Below, one piece after another: positions 19,304 to 28,752 of a stretch of DNA of 64,000 bases. Below the pieces are notes generated by a model that searched no databases, was not told the origin of the DNA, and saw nothing but the letters and a program-made list of their open reading frames with translations. This stretch comes from an uncultured Chloroflexia bacterium (GTDB lineage: Bacteria; Chloroflexota; Limnocylindria; Limnocylindrales; CSP1-4): contig CAVVNQ010000004.1 in NCBI GenBank assembly GCA_963749705.1, positions 1 to 64,000 of the forward strand. Reading direction: 5' to 3'. Position 1 is the first letter of the stretch, and every line of letters begins with the position of its first letter. The position numbers and the translations under genes are program-made.

Positions 19304-20119
19304 TCAGGTCGGCGCCGCCAGGTCCCGCCTCGGGAAGACCCACAGGCCGAACGCCGTGAAGGCGACGGCGACCAAGGCGAGCACGAGCGGGTCCGATGCC
19401 GCTCCACGGCCGGCCAGGATCTCCAGGGGCTGCAGGTAATGGAACGGCGAGATCGGCTGGAGGAACGCGGCATCCGGCCACAGCGTGCCCAGGACCTCGA
19501 GCACGTAGCCGGCGAGGACGACCGCGAACCCGATCCCCAGCGCCGGCGGCAGGCGATCGACCGACGCCGAAGCCGCCAGCGAGATCCCGGCCAGGGCGGC
19601 GAGCAGGAGGACGGTGTTGACGGCGAGCAGGACCAGGTCACCAGCGTCGAGCCGGCCCAGGTTCCCGTACGCCGCCGCACCGGCGAGGGTGCCCGCCAGC
19701 TCCGCGACCGTCGTGATGACCGCGAACGAAAGGATCGCCAGCAGCAGCGTCAGGAACACCGCGCGCCGGGAGATGGGGCGCGACAGCAGCACCTCGAGCG
19801 TCCCGCGCTGGCGCTCGCCGGCGATCGCCGCCGCCGCGAAGCCCACCGGATAGGCGACCTGGAGGGCGATCGCGAACGGGTGCGACGAGCCCAGCGCGAC
19901 GGCGCCGTTGAGGCTGAACGGGTCGGCACCGAGCAGCCGCAGGAAGGCGTCGGGGATGATCCCCGACTCCATGATCGCCTCCATCTGCCGGCCGAACGTC
20001 GCGTAGATCACCGGCATCAGGAACGACCAGATCGCCAGCGCCAGCGCGATCAGCGCCACCCGGGCGCGCTGCGTCTGCCAGGTGTGGCGCAGCAGGGGCA
20101 GGCTCAGCAGCCGCGTCAT
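19304..20119 (-). CDS. ABC-2 type permease
   Basis: IAGERQRGTLEVLLSRPISR; about 6 TM segments. Confidence 0.88.
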   Translation of the reverse strand: MTRLLSLPLLRHTWQTQRARVALIALALAIWSFLMPVIYATFGRQMEAIMESGIIPDAFLRLLGADPFSLNGAVALGSSHPFAIALQVAYPVGFAAAAIAGERQRGTLEVLLSRPISRRAVFLTLLLAILSFAVITTVAELAGTLAGAAAYGNLGRLDAGDLVLLAVNTVLLLAALAGISLAASASVDRLPPALGIGFAVVLAGYVLEVLGTLWPDAAFLQPISPFHYLQPLEILAGRGAASDPLVLALVAVAFTAFGLWVFPRRDLAAPT

Positions 20120-21093
20120 CGCCGACGCCCCGCGGCATCCGCCGGCGCGGCAGCGACACCCTCCGACGCGGCCGCCCCGTCACCTGAATACAGCTCGAGG
20201 AAGGCGTCCTCGAGGCGGGCGGGCTCGATGGTCAGGTCGTCGATCGACGCGATGTCGAGGGCGGCCAGGAACGGGCGCGGATCTCCCTCGAGCGCGCAGC
20301 GCAGCCACCCGTCGCTTACGGTCAGCTCGCTGACGCCCGCCACGGCCGACAGGTCAGGCGCGGGGCCTCCAAGGCGCAGCTCGACCCGCCGCTTGCGCCT
20401 CGCCAGCAGGCTTCCGATGTCCTCGAGCGCGACCAGCCGGCCCTCGCGCACGATCGCGACCCGGTCACACACGCGTTCGACCTCGGACAGGACGTGGGAC
20501 GAGAGGAACACCGTGCGGCCCGCCTGCCGGATGCCGTCCAGGATGTCGTAGAACGCGCGCTGCATCAGCGGGTCCAGCCCCTCGGACGGCTCGTCGAGGA
20601 TCGCCAGCTCCGGATCGTGCTGGAGCGCCTGGACGATGCCGATCTTCTGGCGCATCCCCCGCGAGTACTCGCGGATCGGCCGGCGCAGGATCCGGGCCGA
20701 CAGCTCCAATCGATCGCACAGCTCCGCACGCCGCGAGGGCGCCCGATCCGAAAGCTCGGCCAGGTATTCGAGGTGGCGGTCGCCGGTGAGGCCGTCATAG
20801 AGCGCGATGCCGCCGGGCAGGTAGCCCACACGGGCGCGGATCGCGACCGAGTCGGCGCCGATGTCGAGCCCGAGCACCCGTGCCTGACCCGCGGTGGGGT
20901 GGATCAAGCCGAGCAGCAGCCTGATCAGGGTGCTCTTGCCGGCGCCGTTGGGGCCCAGGAAGCCGAAGATCTCGCCCTCGCGCACCTCGAGCGTGCAGTC
21001 GTCAAGGGCGCGGACCGGCGCCGCGAGGGACCGACGGCGCCAGTCGGTCGCCCGGTAGTGCTTGGTCAGCCCCGTGGTCTCGATCGCTCCCAT
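20116..21093 (-). CDS. ABC transporter ATP-binding protein
   Basis: GPNGAGKST, YSRGMRQK, ILDEP, SSH. Confidence 0.92.
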   Translation of the reverse strand: MGAIETTGLTKHYRATDWRRRSLAAPVRALDDCTLEVREGEIFGFLGPNGAGKSTLIRLLLGLIHPTAGQARVLGLDIGADSVAIRARVGYLPGGIALYDGLTGDRHLEYLAELSDRAPSRRAELCDRLELSARILRRPIREYSRGMRQKIGIVQALQHDPELAILDEPSEGLDPLMQRAFYDILDGIRQAGRTVFLSSHVLSEVERVCDRVAIVREGRLVALEDIGSLLARRKRRVELRLGGPAPDLSAVAGVSELTVSDGWLRCALEGDPRPFLAALDIASIDDLTIEPARLEDAFLELYSGDGAAASEGVAAAPADAAGRRR

Positions 21094-21162
21094 CGCCGGA
21101 AGGCTATCCGGGCGAGGCGGGCGATGCCACGCCACGGCCCCTGCACCCGGTAGGATCGTTGC

Positions 21163-21795
21163 GTGCTGTTCCGTGCCGATCCCTGGCTCCACGTCATCGC
21201 CGGGTGCATGTCCTCCGGCAAGACCGACGAGCTGCTGCGACTCCTCCGCCGCGCGGAGATCGCCAAGCGCCGGATCCTCCTCGTCCGCCCGGACGTCGAC
21301 GACCGGACGCCCGCCGAGTACGCGGAGAGCCGGAGCAAGGCGCGCTACCCGTCCGTGCTCGTTTCGCGCTCGGATCCGGTCGAGATCCTGTCGCTGTCCC
21401 GCGAGCGCGACGCGGACCTCGTCGGCATCGAGGAGGCGCAGTTCTTCGACGACAGCCTCGTCCGCGTCGTGGAGACGCTGCGACAGAGCGGCCGTCACGT
21501 CATCGCCAGCGGCCTCAACACGGACTTCGCGGGCCGCCCGTTCGGATCGATGCCGGACCTGCTCGCGGTCGCCGACGAGATCACGATGCTCACCGCGATC
21601 TGCGTCGTGTGCGGCGACACCGCGACCCGGACCCAGCGGCTGGTCGGCGGCCGGCCGGCCGCTGTGGACGACCCGCTCATCGTCATCGGCGGCTTCGAGT
21701 CGCCCGCGGTCGAAACGTACGAGGCGCGCTGCCTCCGCCACCACGAGGTCGCCCCGGCCGGCACGGCGCGCGGCGTCGTCGCCGACGGCGGCTGA
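21163..21795 (+). CDS. tdk: thymidine kinase (copy 2)
   Basis: GCMSSGKTDEL, IEEAQFF, CVVCG...YEARCLRH. Confidence 0.9.
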   Translation: MLFRADPWLHVIAGCMSSGKTDELLRLLRRAEIAKRRILLVRPDVDDRTPAEYAESRSKARYPSVLVSRSDPVEILSLSRERDADLVGIEEAQFFDDSLVRVVETLRQSGRHVIASGLNTDFAGRPFGSMPDLLAVADEITMLTAICVVCGDTATRTQRLVGGRPAAVDDPLIVIGGFESPAVETYEARCLRHHEVAPAGTARGVVADGG

Positions 21796-21898
21796 CCCAA
21801 CCGCTCCCAGCCGATCGCGACCCGGTCGCGCCGCCGGCGCCGGGGTTGCACGCGCGAGGGCCGCCCGGCCTGCCTGGTGGGGTCCGGCTCGGCCCTGC

Positions 21899-21986
21899 CG
21901 CTCCACATGTTGTCCACGGGTGGATGGAAGTGTGGACAACTTCCGGGCCGCCCGACCCAACTTCGTGGACAAGTGCGTTGTCCCCC
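21899..21986. promoter_or_regulatory. cluster of DnaA-box-like 9-mers
   Basis: TTGTCCACG 21910-18 (+), TTGTCCACA 21931-39 (-), TTGTCCACG 21964-72 (-), TTGTCCCCC 21978-86 (+). Confidence 0.7.
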
Positions 21987-22056
21987 TCCCCGCCGGCGGA
22001 TATCGTTCGGTTTGCCCGAAGGGGCCGGTGGTACAGACGCCGGACCGGTGAGTGAT

Positions 22057-22229
22057 CATCGGACCGGGTCCCCGAACCGCCGCCACGACGACCGCAAGGC
22101 CGACGAGGTGGCTGGATACCGGGGCCGCTGCGACAAGGCCGAGCTTGCTTGGCAGTGGCGTGGGCGTGTCGGTACGGTACGGTTCCTTCGGGCGCTTTCG
22201 TGTGCGCTCGCCCGTTCGGATCCCCGATG
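22057..22229 (+). ncRNA. candidate structured RNA / cis-regulatory leader
   Basis: Nested stems with GCAA and UUCG tetraloops; G-U pairs favour + strand; see findings. Confidence 0.45.
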
Positions 22230-22697
22230 CCCAAGCTGTCAGCCGGCCTGTTGCTCTTCCGTCGCACCGAGGACGGGATCGAGGTCCTGGTCGCCCACCC
22301 CGGTGGACCGATGTGGGCGCGTCGCGACATGGGCGCCTGGTCGCTGCCCAAGGGAGCCCCGAACGACGACGAGGTCGACCTCCTGGATGCGGCACGGCGG
22401 GAGTTCCGCGAGGAGACCGGTCACCAGCCCCCGGGCGGACCCTATCTCGAGCTGGGAGAGGTCCGGATGCGGTCGGGCAAGGTCGTGCGTGCCTGGGGCG
22501 TCGAGGGCGACCTCGACCCGGCGACGGTCGAGAGCATGCGAGTCGAGCTCGAGTGGCCGCCGCGATCCGGGCGCACGGTGACGGTGCCCGAGCTCGACCG
22601 AGTCGCGTGGCTCCGCCCGGTGGAGGCTCGCCGCCGCCTCAACCCCGCGCAGGCCGGGTTCGTCGATCGCCTGCTCAACATCCTCGCCCGGCGCTGA
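22227..22697 (+). CDS. NUDIX hydrolase
   Basis: SAGLLLFRR, HPGGP, WSLPKG...AARREFREETG. Confidence 0.9.
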   Translation: MPKLSAGLLLFRRTEDGIEVLVAHPGGPMWARRDMGAWSLPKGAPNDDEVDLLDAARREFREETGHQPPGGPYLELGEVRMRSGKVVRAWGVEGDLDPATVESMRVELEWPPRSGRTVTVPELDRVAWLRPVEARRRLNPAQAGFVDRLLNILARR

Positions 22698-22703
22698 TCG
22701 GCC

Positions 22704-23927
22704 TTGCACGACTCCGCGGACCTGGTCGACGTCGCTGTCATCGGCGCGGGTATCGTGGGCCTGGCCACGGCGCTCCGGCTGCTCGAGGCACGACCCGGCC
22801 TCAGGATCACCGTGCTCGAGCGCGAGGCCCGCGTCGGCGCGCACCAGTCGGGTCACAACTCGGGCGTCGTCCATGCCGGCCTGTACTACGCACCTGGATC
22901 GCAGAAGGCGATCCTGTGCCGCGAGGGCAAGGGCCTGCTCGAGCGCTATTGCGAGGACCACGGGATCCCGATCGCCTTCCCGGGCAAGCTGGTGGTCGCG
23001 CTCGACGAATCCGAGCTGCCGCGGCTTGCAGCGCTCCGCGAGCGCGGCCTCGCGAACGGCGTCGACGGCCTCGAGGAGGTCGGTCCCGAACGCATCCGCG
23101 AGCTGGAGCCCCACGCGGCCGGGATCCGGGCGCTGTGGAGCCCGCGCACTGGGATCGTCGACTTCGCCCGCGTGACCGACGCCTACGCCGCCGATGTCGA
23201 GGCGCGCGGGGGCGTCATCGAGCTGTCCCGACCGGTCGTCGCCATCCGTCGTCGAACCGACGCGCTGGTCATCGAGACGCCGGCCGGTGCCCTGCGCGCA
23301 CGCTCGGTCATCGCCTGCGCGGGCCTGTGGTCGGATCGCGTGGCGGCGCTGACGGGTGACAGGACCTCCGACTCCCCGCGGATCGTGCCGTTCCGGGGCG
23401 ACTACTACACGCTCGACCCGGACGCGGCGGCACTCGTCAACGGGCTGATCTACCCCGTGCCCGATCCACGGTTCCCATTCCTCGGCGTCCACCTGACGCG
23501 GCGGATCGACGGACAGGTGTGGGCCGGGCCGAACGCCGTCCTGGCGTTCAAGCGAGCCGGCTACCGGCGCCGGGACGTGTCCCTGCGCGACCTCGCCGGC
23601 ACGCTCCTTGATCCGGGCTTCCTCCGCCTCGCCCGCCGGTTCTGGCGGACGGGGGCCGCCGAGATGTGGCGCGACGCGAACCGGGCCGCGTTCACGCGCG
23701 AGGTCCAGCGGTACGTTCCGGCCATCTCGGCGAGCCAGCTGCGGTTCGGGCCGTCCGGGGTCCGTGCCCAGGCCCTCGGCCGCGACGGATCGCTGGTCGA
23801 CGACTTCGACCTCGCGGGCGGTGATCGCGTGCTCCACGTGCGCAACGCCCCGTCGCCCGCAGCGACGAGCTCGCTGGCGATCGGCGGACGGCTCGCGACC
23901 CGGGCGATCGAGCGGTTCGGGCTGTAG
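22704..23927 (+). CDS. lhgO: L-2-hydroxyglutarate oxidase
   Basis: GAGIVG, HQSGHNSGVVHAGLYY, PFLGVH, NAPSPAATSSLAIG. Confidence 0.9.
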   Translation: MHDSADLVDVAVIGAGIVGLATALRLLEARPGLRITVLEREARVGAHQSGHNSGVVHAGLYYAPGSQKAILCREGKGLLERYCEDHGIPIAFPGKLVVALDESELPRLAALRERGLANGVDGLEEVGPERIRELEPHAAGIRALWSPRTGIVDFARVTDAYAADVEARGGVIELSRPVVAIRRRTDALVIETPAGALRARSVIACAGLWSDRVAALTGDRTSDSPRIVPFRGDYYTLDPDAAALVNGLIYPVPDPRFPFLGVHLTRRIDGQVWAGPNAVLAFKRAGYRRRDVSLRDLAGTLLDPGFLRLARRFWRTGAAEMWRDANRAAFTREVQRYVPAISASQLRFGPSGVRAQALGRDGSLVDDFDLAGGDRVLHVRNAPSPAATSSLAIGGRLATRAIERFGL

Positions 23928-24064
23928 GCGGTCGCGGCAGGCAAGGACGATCGCGCCCGCCGCCGCGCACCCGAGCCGCGTCGCCGATGCCTCGCCGGGG
24001 GCGGACCCAGGACGTACCCTATGGCCGGGCCATCGAGGCCGGGAGGGAACGGAGGAAGAGGCGG

Positions 24065-24451
24065 ATGCTGACCGAGTTCAAGGCGTTCCTGCTCAAGACG
24101 AACGCCCTTGCGCTGGCGATCGGCGTGATCATCGGCGTCGCGCTGAACAATGTCGTCACCTCATTGGTCAACGACATCATCATGCCGCCGATCGGGCTCG
24201 CCCTTGGTGGGGTCGACTTCGACAGCCTCAAGATCGTGCTCAAGGATGCCGTCAACGGCGATGCCGCGACCGAGGTGGCGATCCGCTGGGGTGCGTTCAT
24301 CAACACGGTCATCGCGTTCATCGTGATCGCGCTTGTCGTGTTCCTCGTCGGCCGGGCGATGATCAAGGAGCCGGCTCCGGCGCCGCCGCCCGAGCCATCC
24401 GACGAGGTCAAGCTGCTGACCGACATCCGCGACGCATTGCGCAAGGGATAG
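24065..24451 (+). CDS. mscL: large-conductance mechanosensitive channel
   Basis: EFKAFL...LAIGVIIG...SLVNDIIMPPIG...LLTDIRDAL. Confidence 0.95.
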   Translation: MLTEFKAFLLKTNALALAIGVIIGVALNNVVTSLVNDIIMPPIGLALGGVDFDSLKIVLKDAVNGDAATEVAIRWGAFINTVIAFIVIALVVFLVGRAMIKEPAPAPPPEPSDEVKLLTDIRDALRKG

Positions 24452-24545
24452 CGCCGGCCCCGGCGTCAAGGCCCATCCCGGACGGGCGTCCCATTCCCGG
24501 TCAACCCCGTGAGCACGATCGACGTGACCGGGGCATCCTTCCGCC

Positions 24546-27392
24546 ATGACGCACGAGCCCACCGACCAGGATCTCGCGCCACGCCCGACGCGCAGCGCGG
24601 CCCGCCGGCGGCAGACCGGCTTCGGGGCTGCCGGCAGCATGGCGCTGCTGCTGTTCGGGGCGTTGGTCCTGCTCGGCGCGGTCGGCGCCATGATCGCCGT
24701 CGCGACCTACGTGTCGCTCAGGAGCGACCTGCCCGACCCATCGGCACTCGAGCAGATCGAGCTGCCGCAGCAATCGGTGATCCTGGACCGGACCGGAACG
24801 GTCGAGCTGGCCCGGTTCGGCGAGTTCAACCGCGAGACCGTGACGTTCGACCAGATCCCGCCGGTCCTGGTCGACGCGACGACGGCCGTCGAGGACCGGA
24901 CGTTCTGGGAGAACTCGGGGTTCGACACGATCGGGATCTTCGCGGCCGGGCTTGACGCGTTGCGGGGACAGGCCCGCGGCGCATCGACGATCACCCAGCA
25001 GCTCGTCCGCCAGCGCCTGCTCAACGCCGAGGGCACGGCCCAGACCCAGCGCTCGATCGACCGCAAGCTGCGCGAGGTCATCCAGTCGATCCGGCTCACC
25101 CGGGCCTTTCCGGGCGAGGCGGGCAAGCAGCGGATCATGGCCGCTTACCTCAACCAGAACTACTACGGCAACGAGTCGTATGGGGTGAAGGCGGCCGCCA
25201 AGAGCTACTTCGGGGTCGAGCTGCAGGACCTGACGCTGGCCCAGGCGGCAATCCTGGCCGCGATCCCCAAGGCGCCGTCGTCCTACGACCTCGTCCAGAA
25301 CGCGATCGAGGAGTGCGCCGATCCCAGCCAGGACCCGGACACGTGCACCGACACGCGGCTGGTCGTGCCGCTCGACACGCCCATCGCGCAGCGGCGGAAC
25401 CTGGTGCTGGACCTGATGGAGAAGGGACGCACGCCGCTCACCGGATCGACGTACACGACCGCGGACTTCGAGGCCGCGAAGCTCGAGCCGATCGTCCTCG
25501 CGCCCCAGACGACGCCGCGCTGGACCGCGCCCCAGTTCGTGTGGCAGGTCCGCAAGGAGCTCGCCACCCGCGTGTGCGGCGACGGCGTCGAGACCTGCCC
25601 CACCCTCGAGCGTGGCGGGTTGACGATCACGACGACGCTCGACACGCGGCTCCAGGGCATCGCCGAGAAGTGGGTCAAGGCCGCCGCCATCGTGCCCCAC
25701 GCGAAGGACCCCAAGGCCGCGGCCAAGGCGCTCGGCCTGACCTACGCCAGCTGGATGGCCAACCTGCGCTCGAAGGACCTGCACAACAGCGCGATGATCG
25801 CCATCGACTACCAGACCGGTGACATCGTCGCCTACGTCGGCAGCGCGGACTACTACGCGACCAAGTCCACGCCCAAGTTCCAGCCCCGGTTCGACGTCCT
25901 GAGCGACGGCTGGCGCCAGCCTGGCTCGGCCTTCAAGCCGGTCGTCTACGCCACCGGCATCGACTCCCGGCAGATCACCGCTGCGACGATGTTCATGGAC
26001 GTCGTCACGGACTTCGGTGGCGGGTACACGCCGAAGGACGCCGACAACTACGAGCGAGGGCCCGTCCGGATGCGCGATGCGCTGCGCTTCTCGCTCAACA
26101 TCCCGGCGGTCAAGGCAGTCGCGGTGATCGGAACCGGGCGGATCCAGGCCAAGGCCGAGGACATGGGCGTGCGGTTCAAGGGAGGGCCGACGGACGCCGG
26201 CCTGTCGTTCGCGCTGGGCGTCGAGGAGATCCACCCCGCCGACCTCGTCCGCGCGTACGGCACGCTTGCGGACGGGGGCCAGCTGGCCGAGCAGACGACG
26301 ATCCGCACGGTCACCGACAGCAAGGGGGAAACGCTCGTGTCGGAGGCGGACCGGCCGGCGCCCGCGCAGGCGATCGGCGACGGCGCGGCCGGGATCATGA
26401 CCGACATCCTGGCCGGCAACACCGACCCCAAGCAGAACCCGTACTGGGGCAAGTTCGAGGTCACGGACGGCAAGGCTCGACGTCCCGCGGCCCTGAAGAC
26501 CGGCACCAACAACGATGCGAAGGACCTCAGCGCATACGGCTACATTGCGCCGCCGGCCGCGGCCGACCGTGACCAGGGCGAGTACGCACTCGCCGTCGGC
26601 GTGTGGAATGGCAACTCGGACAACTCGCTCGTCAGCAAGTCCGGGTCCCCGGTGTTCTCCCTCGATGTCAGCACCTACGTCTGGCAGGGGTTCCTCAACG
26701 AGGCGACCAAGGGCTGGGCGATCGCGGACTTCACCCGGCCGGGCGGCCTCAAGACTGCCGCGGTCGATCCGTGGACCGGGCTGGCCGCGGATGCCGGCGC
26801 GCCTGCGGTCCAGGAGCTGTTCCTCGACGGCACGACGCCGTCGAGCGGCGTGCCGCAGGACGCCCGGTGCGGAGAAGCGGTGCTCCAGACCGCGGGCTTC
26901 GAGCGCGATCACGATGCGTGGCTGACCGCGGATCGCGCCTGGCTGGCACGCGCCCAGCGCGGAACGAACGTCCGGGGCGGGCCCAAGGGGACGCTGACCT
27001 CGTACTTCTACAACCGCACGTTCAACCCCTACGGCAAGTCCTGGGGGCCGCTGCTCGGCGGGGGCGGCTGTTCGACGCCGACGCCCAGCGTGTCGATCGA
27101 CCCGTGCGCGACGCCGCTCGACTCGGGCGCGCCGCCGGCGTCCGTCGATCCGCTTGCCTCGCCGGACGCGTCCGCCGTCGTCTGCCCCTCGCCATCCGAG
27201 TCCCCGAGCGCGATCCCGTCGGAAGCGCCGTCACCGAGCACCACGCCCACCCCCACGCCGACACCGTCGCCGCCGGGGGGAACGCCGACGCCGCCGCCCT
27301 CCCCGACCCCCACGCCATCGCAGCCGCCGGCACCGCCCACGCCGGGGGCAACGGTCGCGGCACCGGCCGCCACCTCCTCGCCGGCCGGCTAG
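24546..27392 (+). CDS. class A penicillin-binding protein
   Basis: EDRTF, GASTITQQL, RKLRE; SAFK, SLN, KTGT; Pro/Thr tail. Confidence 0.93.
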   Translation: MTHEPTDQDLAPRPTRSAARRRQTGFGAAGSMALLLFGALVLLGAVGAMIAVATYVSLRSDLPDPSALEQIELPQQSVILDRTGTVELARFGEFNRETVTFDQIPPVLVDATTAVEDRTFWENSGFDTIGIFAAGLDALRGQARGASTITQQLVRQRLLNAEGTAQTQRSIDRKLREVIQSIRLTRAFPGEAGKQRIMAAYLNQNYYGNESYGVKAAAKSYFGVELQDLTLAQAAILAAIPKAPSSYDLVQNAIEECADPSQDPDTCTDTRLVVPLDTPIAQRRNLVLDLMEKGRTPLTGSTYTTADFEAAKLEPIVLAPQTTPRWTAPQFVWQVRKELATRVCGDGVETCPTLERGGLTITTTLDTRLQGIAEKWVKAAAIVPHAKDPKAAAKALGLTYASWMANLRSKDLHNSAMIAIDYQTGDIVAYVGSADYYATKSTPKFQPRFDVLSDGWRQPGSAFKPVVYATGIDSRQITAATMFMDVVTDFGGGYTPKDADNYERGPVRMRDALRFSLNIPAVKAVAVIGTGRIQAKAEDMGVRFKGGPTDAGLSFALGVEEIHPADLVRAYGTLADGGQLAEQTTIRTVTDSKGETLVSEADRPAPAQAIGDGAAGIMTDILAGNTDPKQNPYWGKFEVTDGKARRPAALKTGTNNDAKDLSAYGYIAPPAAADRDQGEYALAVGVWNGNSDNSLVSKSGSPVFSLDVSTYVWQGFLNEATKGWAIADFTRPGGLKTAAVDPWTGLAADAGAPAVQELFLDGTTPSSGVPQDARCGEAVLQTAGFERDHDAWLTADRAWLARAQRGTNVRGGPKGTLTSYFYNRTFNPYGKSWGPLLGGGGCSTPTPSVSIDPCATPLDSGAPPASVDPLASPDASAVVCPSPSESPSAIPSEAPSPSTTPTPTPTPSPPGGTPTPPPSPTPTPSQPPAPPTPGATVAAPAATSSPAG

Positions 27393-27561
27393 GTCCGGGC
27401 TGCGACGGCGGCAGCGCACGCTCGGGGCCGCCGCTCGCCACGCCTCTCAGCGTGCTCTCAGAAAATCCCGTCTATGATCCCCGCGGTCGAGGTCGGGGGA
27501 TCCTCGCCGATTCCTCCCATGGGCGACGCCCATGCCATCGCTTGTCAACGCGGAGATGCGC

Positions 27562-28749
27562 ATGTCGGATCGCGCTTCCGGGCCCACGAGCCGCTCCCTC
27601 ATGGCCGGCCGTCTCGCCCTCCTCCTTGGTCTGCTCGCCATTGCGGCGGGACCAGCCGTCCCGATCGTGACGGCCGCCAGCGGCCTCACCGTGACCACCC
27701 CGTTCCCCGCGATCGTGGCCGAGCCCGGGACGACGGCATCGTTCAAGCTCTCGGTCGACGTCGCGACCGCACGCAAGGTCGACCTCAAGACGGCGGGCGT
27801 TCCTGACGGCTGGACGGCCAGGTTCCGCGGTGGCGGGCTGACGGTCGAGGGCGTGTACGTCGATCCGAAGTCACCGCCGGACCTGACGCTCGACGTGGAG
27901 ATCCCCGATGGGACGGCGCCCGGCGTGACGAGCATCACGGTCCAGGCAGGCTCGGGCTCGCTGACCGACAGCCTCACCCTCTCGATCCGCGTGGCCGATG
28001 CCGCCGCGGGCGACGTGACGCTGACCGCCGACTTCCCCGAGCTGCGCGGTCCCTCGAGCTCCACCTACACGTTCAACCTGACGATCCACAACCAGACCGC
28101 CGTCGAGGCCACGTTCTCGATGGACGCCACCGGACCCGATGGCTGGGCCGTGACGGCGAAGCCGGCCGGCGAGGCGCAGGCCACGAGCACCAAGGTGAAC
28201 GCGGGCAGCACCTCCAACATCACCGTGAGCGCGACGCCACCGACCGACGCGGCCGCGGACACGTACCCGCTCAAGGTCACCGTCACCGGCGGCGGCAAGA
28301 CGGTGACCACGGACCTGCAGGTGGTGATCACGGGTACCTACAAGCTCGACGTGTCCACGCCGGACCTCGTCCTCTCGACGAGCGCCAACGCGGGCAGCGA
28401 GCACGACATGCAGATCACCATCACCAACAACGGCACGGCACCGGTCACCAGCGTGAAGCCGTCGGGGTCCGCGCCAACCAACTGGACCGTCAACTTCGAT
28501 CCCGCGACCATCGACTCCATCGCGCCCAATGCCTCGTCGACCGTGACGATGCAGATCACGCCCAGCGGCGACGCGATCGCGGGCGATTACAACGTCACCG
28601 TGAACGCCAAGGGCGCCGAGGCCAGCGGCAGCACGACCATCCGGGTGCGGGTCGAGACGCCGCAGTTCTGGTGGATCGTGGGCGTCGTCCTGATCGTCGC
28701 CGTGTTCGCAGGCCTGTACTGGGTCTTCCGGACCTACGGGCGTCGCTAG
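27562..28749 (+). CDS. NEW3 (NPCBM-associated) Ig-like membrane-anchored protein
   Basis: Signal peptide, repeated PDGW beta-domains, C-terminal TM + RTYGRR; precedes ABC genes; start approximate. Confidence 0.8.
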   Translation: MSDRASGPTSRSLMAGRLALLLGLLAIAAGPAVPIVTAASGLTVTTPFPAIVAEPGTTASFKLSVDVATARKVDLKTAGVPDGWTARFRGGGLTVEGVYVDPKSPPDLTLDVEIPDGTAPGVTSITVQAGSGSLTDSLTLSIRVADAAAGDVTLTADFPELRGPSSSTYTFNLTIHNQTAVEATFSMDATGPDGWAVTAKPAGEAQATSTKVNAGSTSNITVSATPPTDAAADTYPLKVTVTGGGKTVTTDLQVVITGTYKLDVSTPDLVLSTSANAGSEHDMQITITNNGTAPVTSVKPSGSAPTNWTVNFDPATIDSIAPNASSTVTMQITPSGDAIAGDYNVTVNAKGAEASGSTTIRVRVETPQFWWIVGVVLIVAVFAGLYWVFRTYGRR

Positions 28750-28752
28750 CCC

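Noticed and set aside
21899-22050. oriC
   Set aside because: No dnaA/dnaN/rpmH nearby and no AT-rich unwinding element; kept only as a DnaA-box cluster.
27180-27390. Repeat-like CCGACGCC tracts (also 6480-6570)
   Set aside because: They encode Pro/Thr/Ser linkers; no repeat-spacer periodicity, so not CRISPR.
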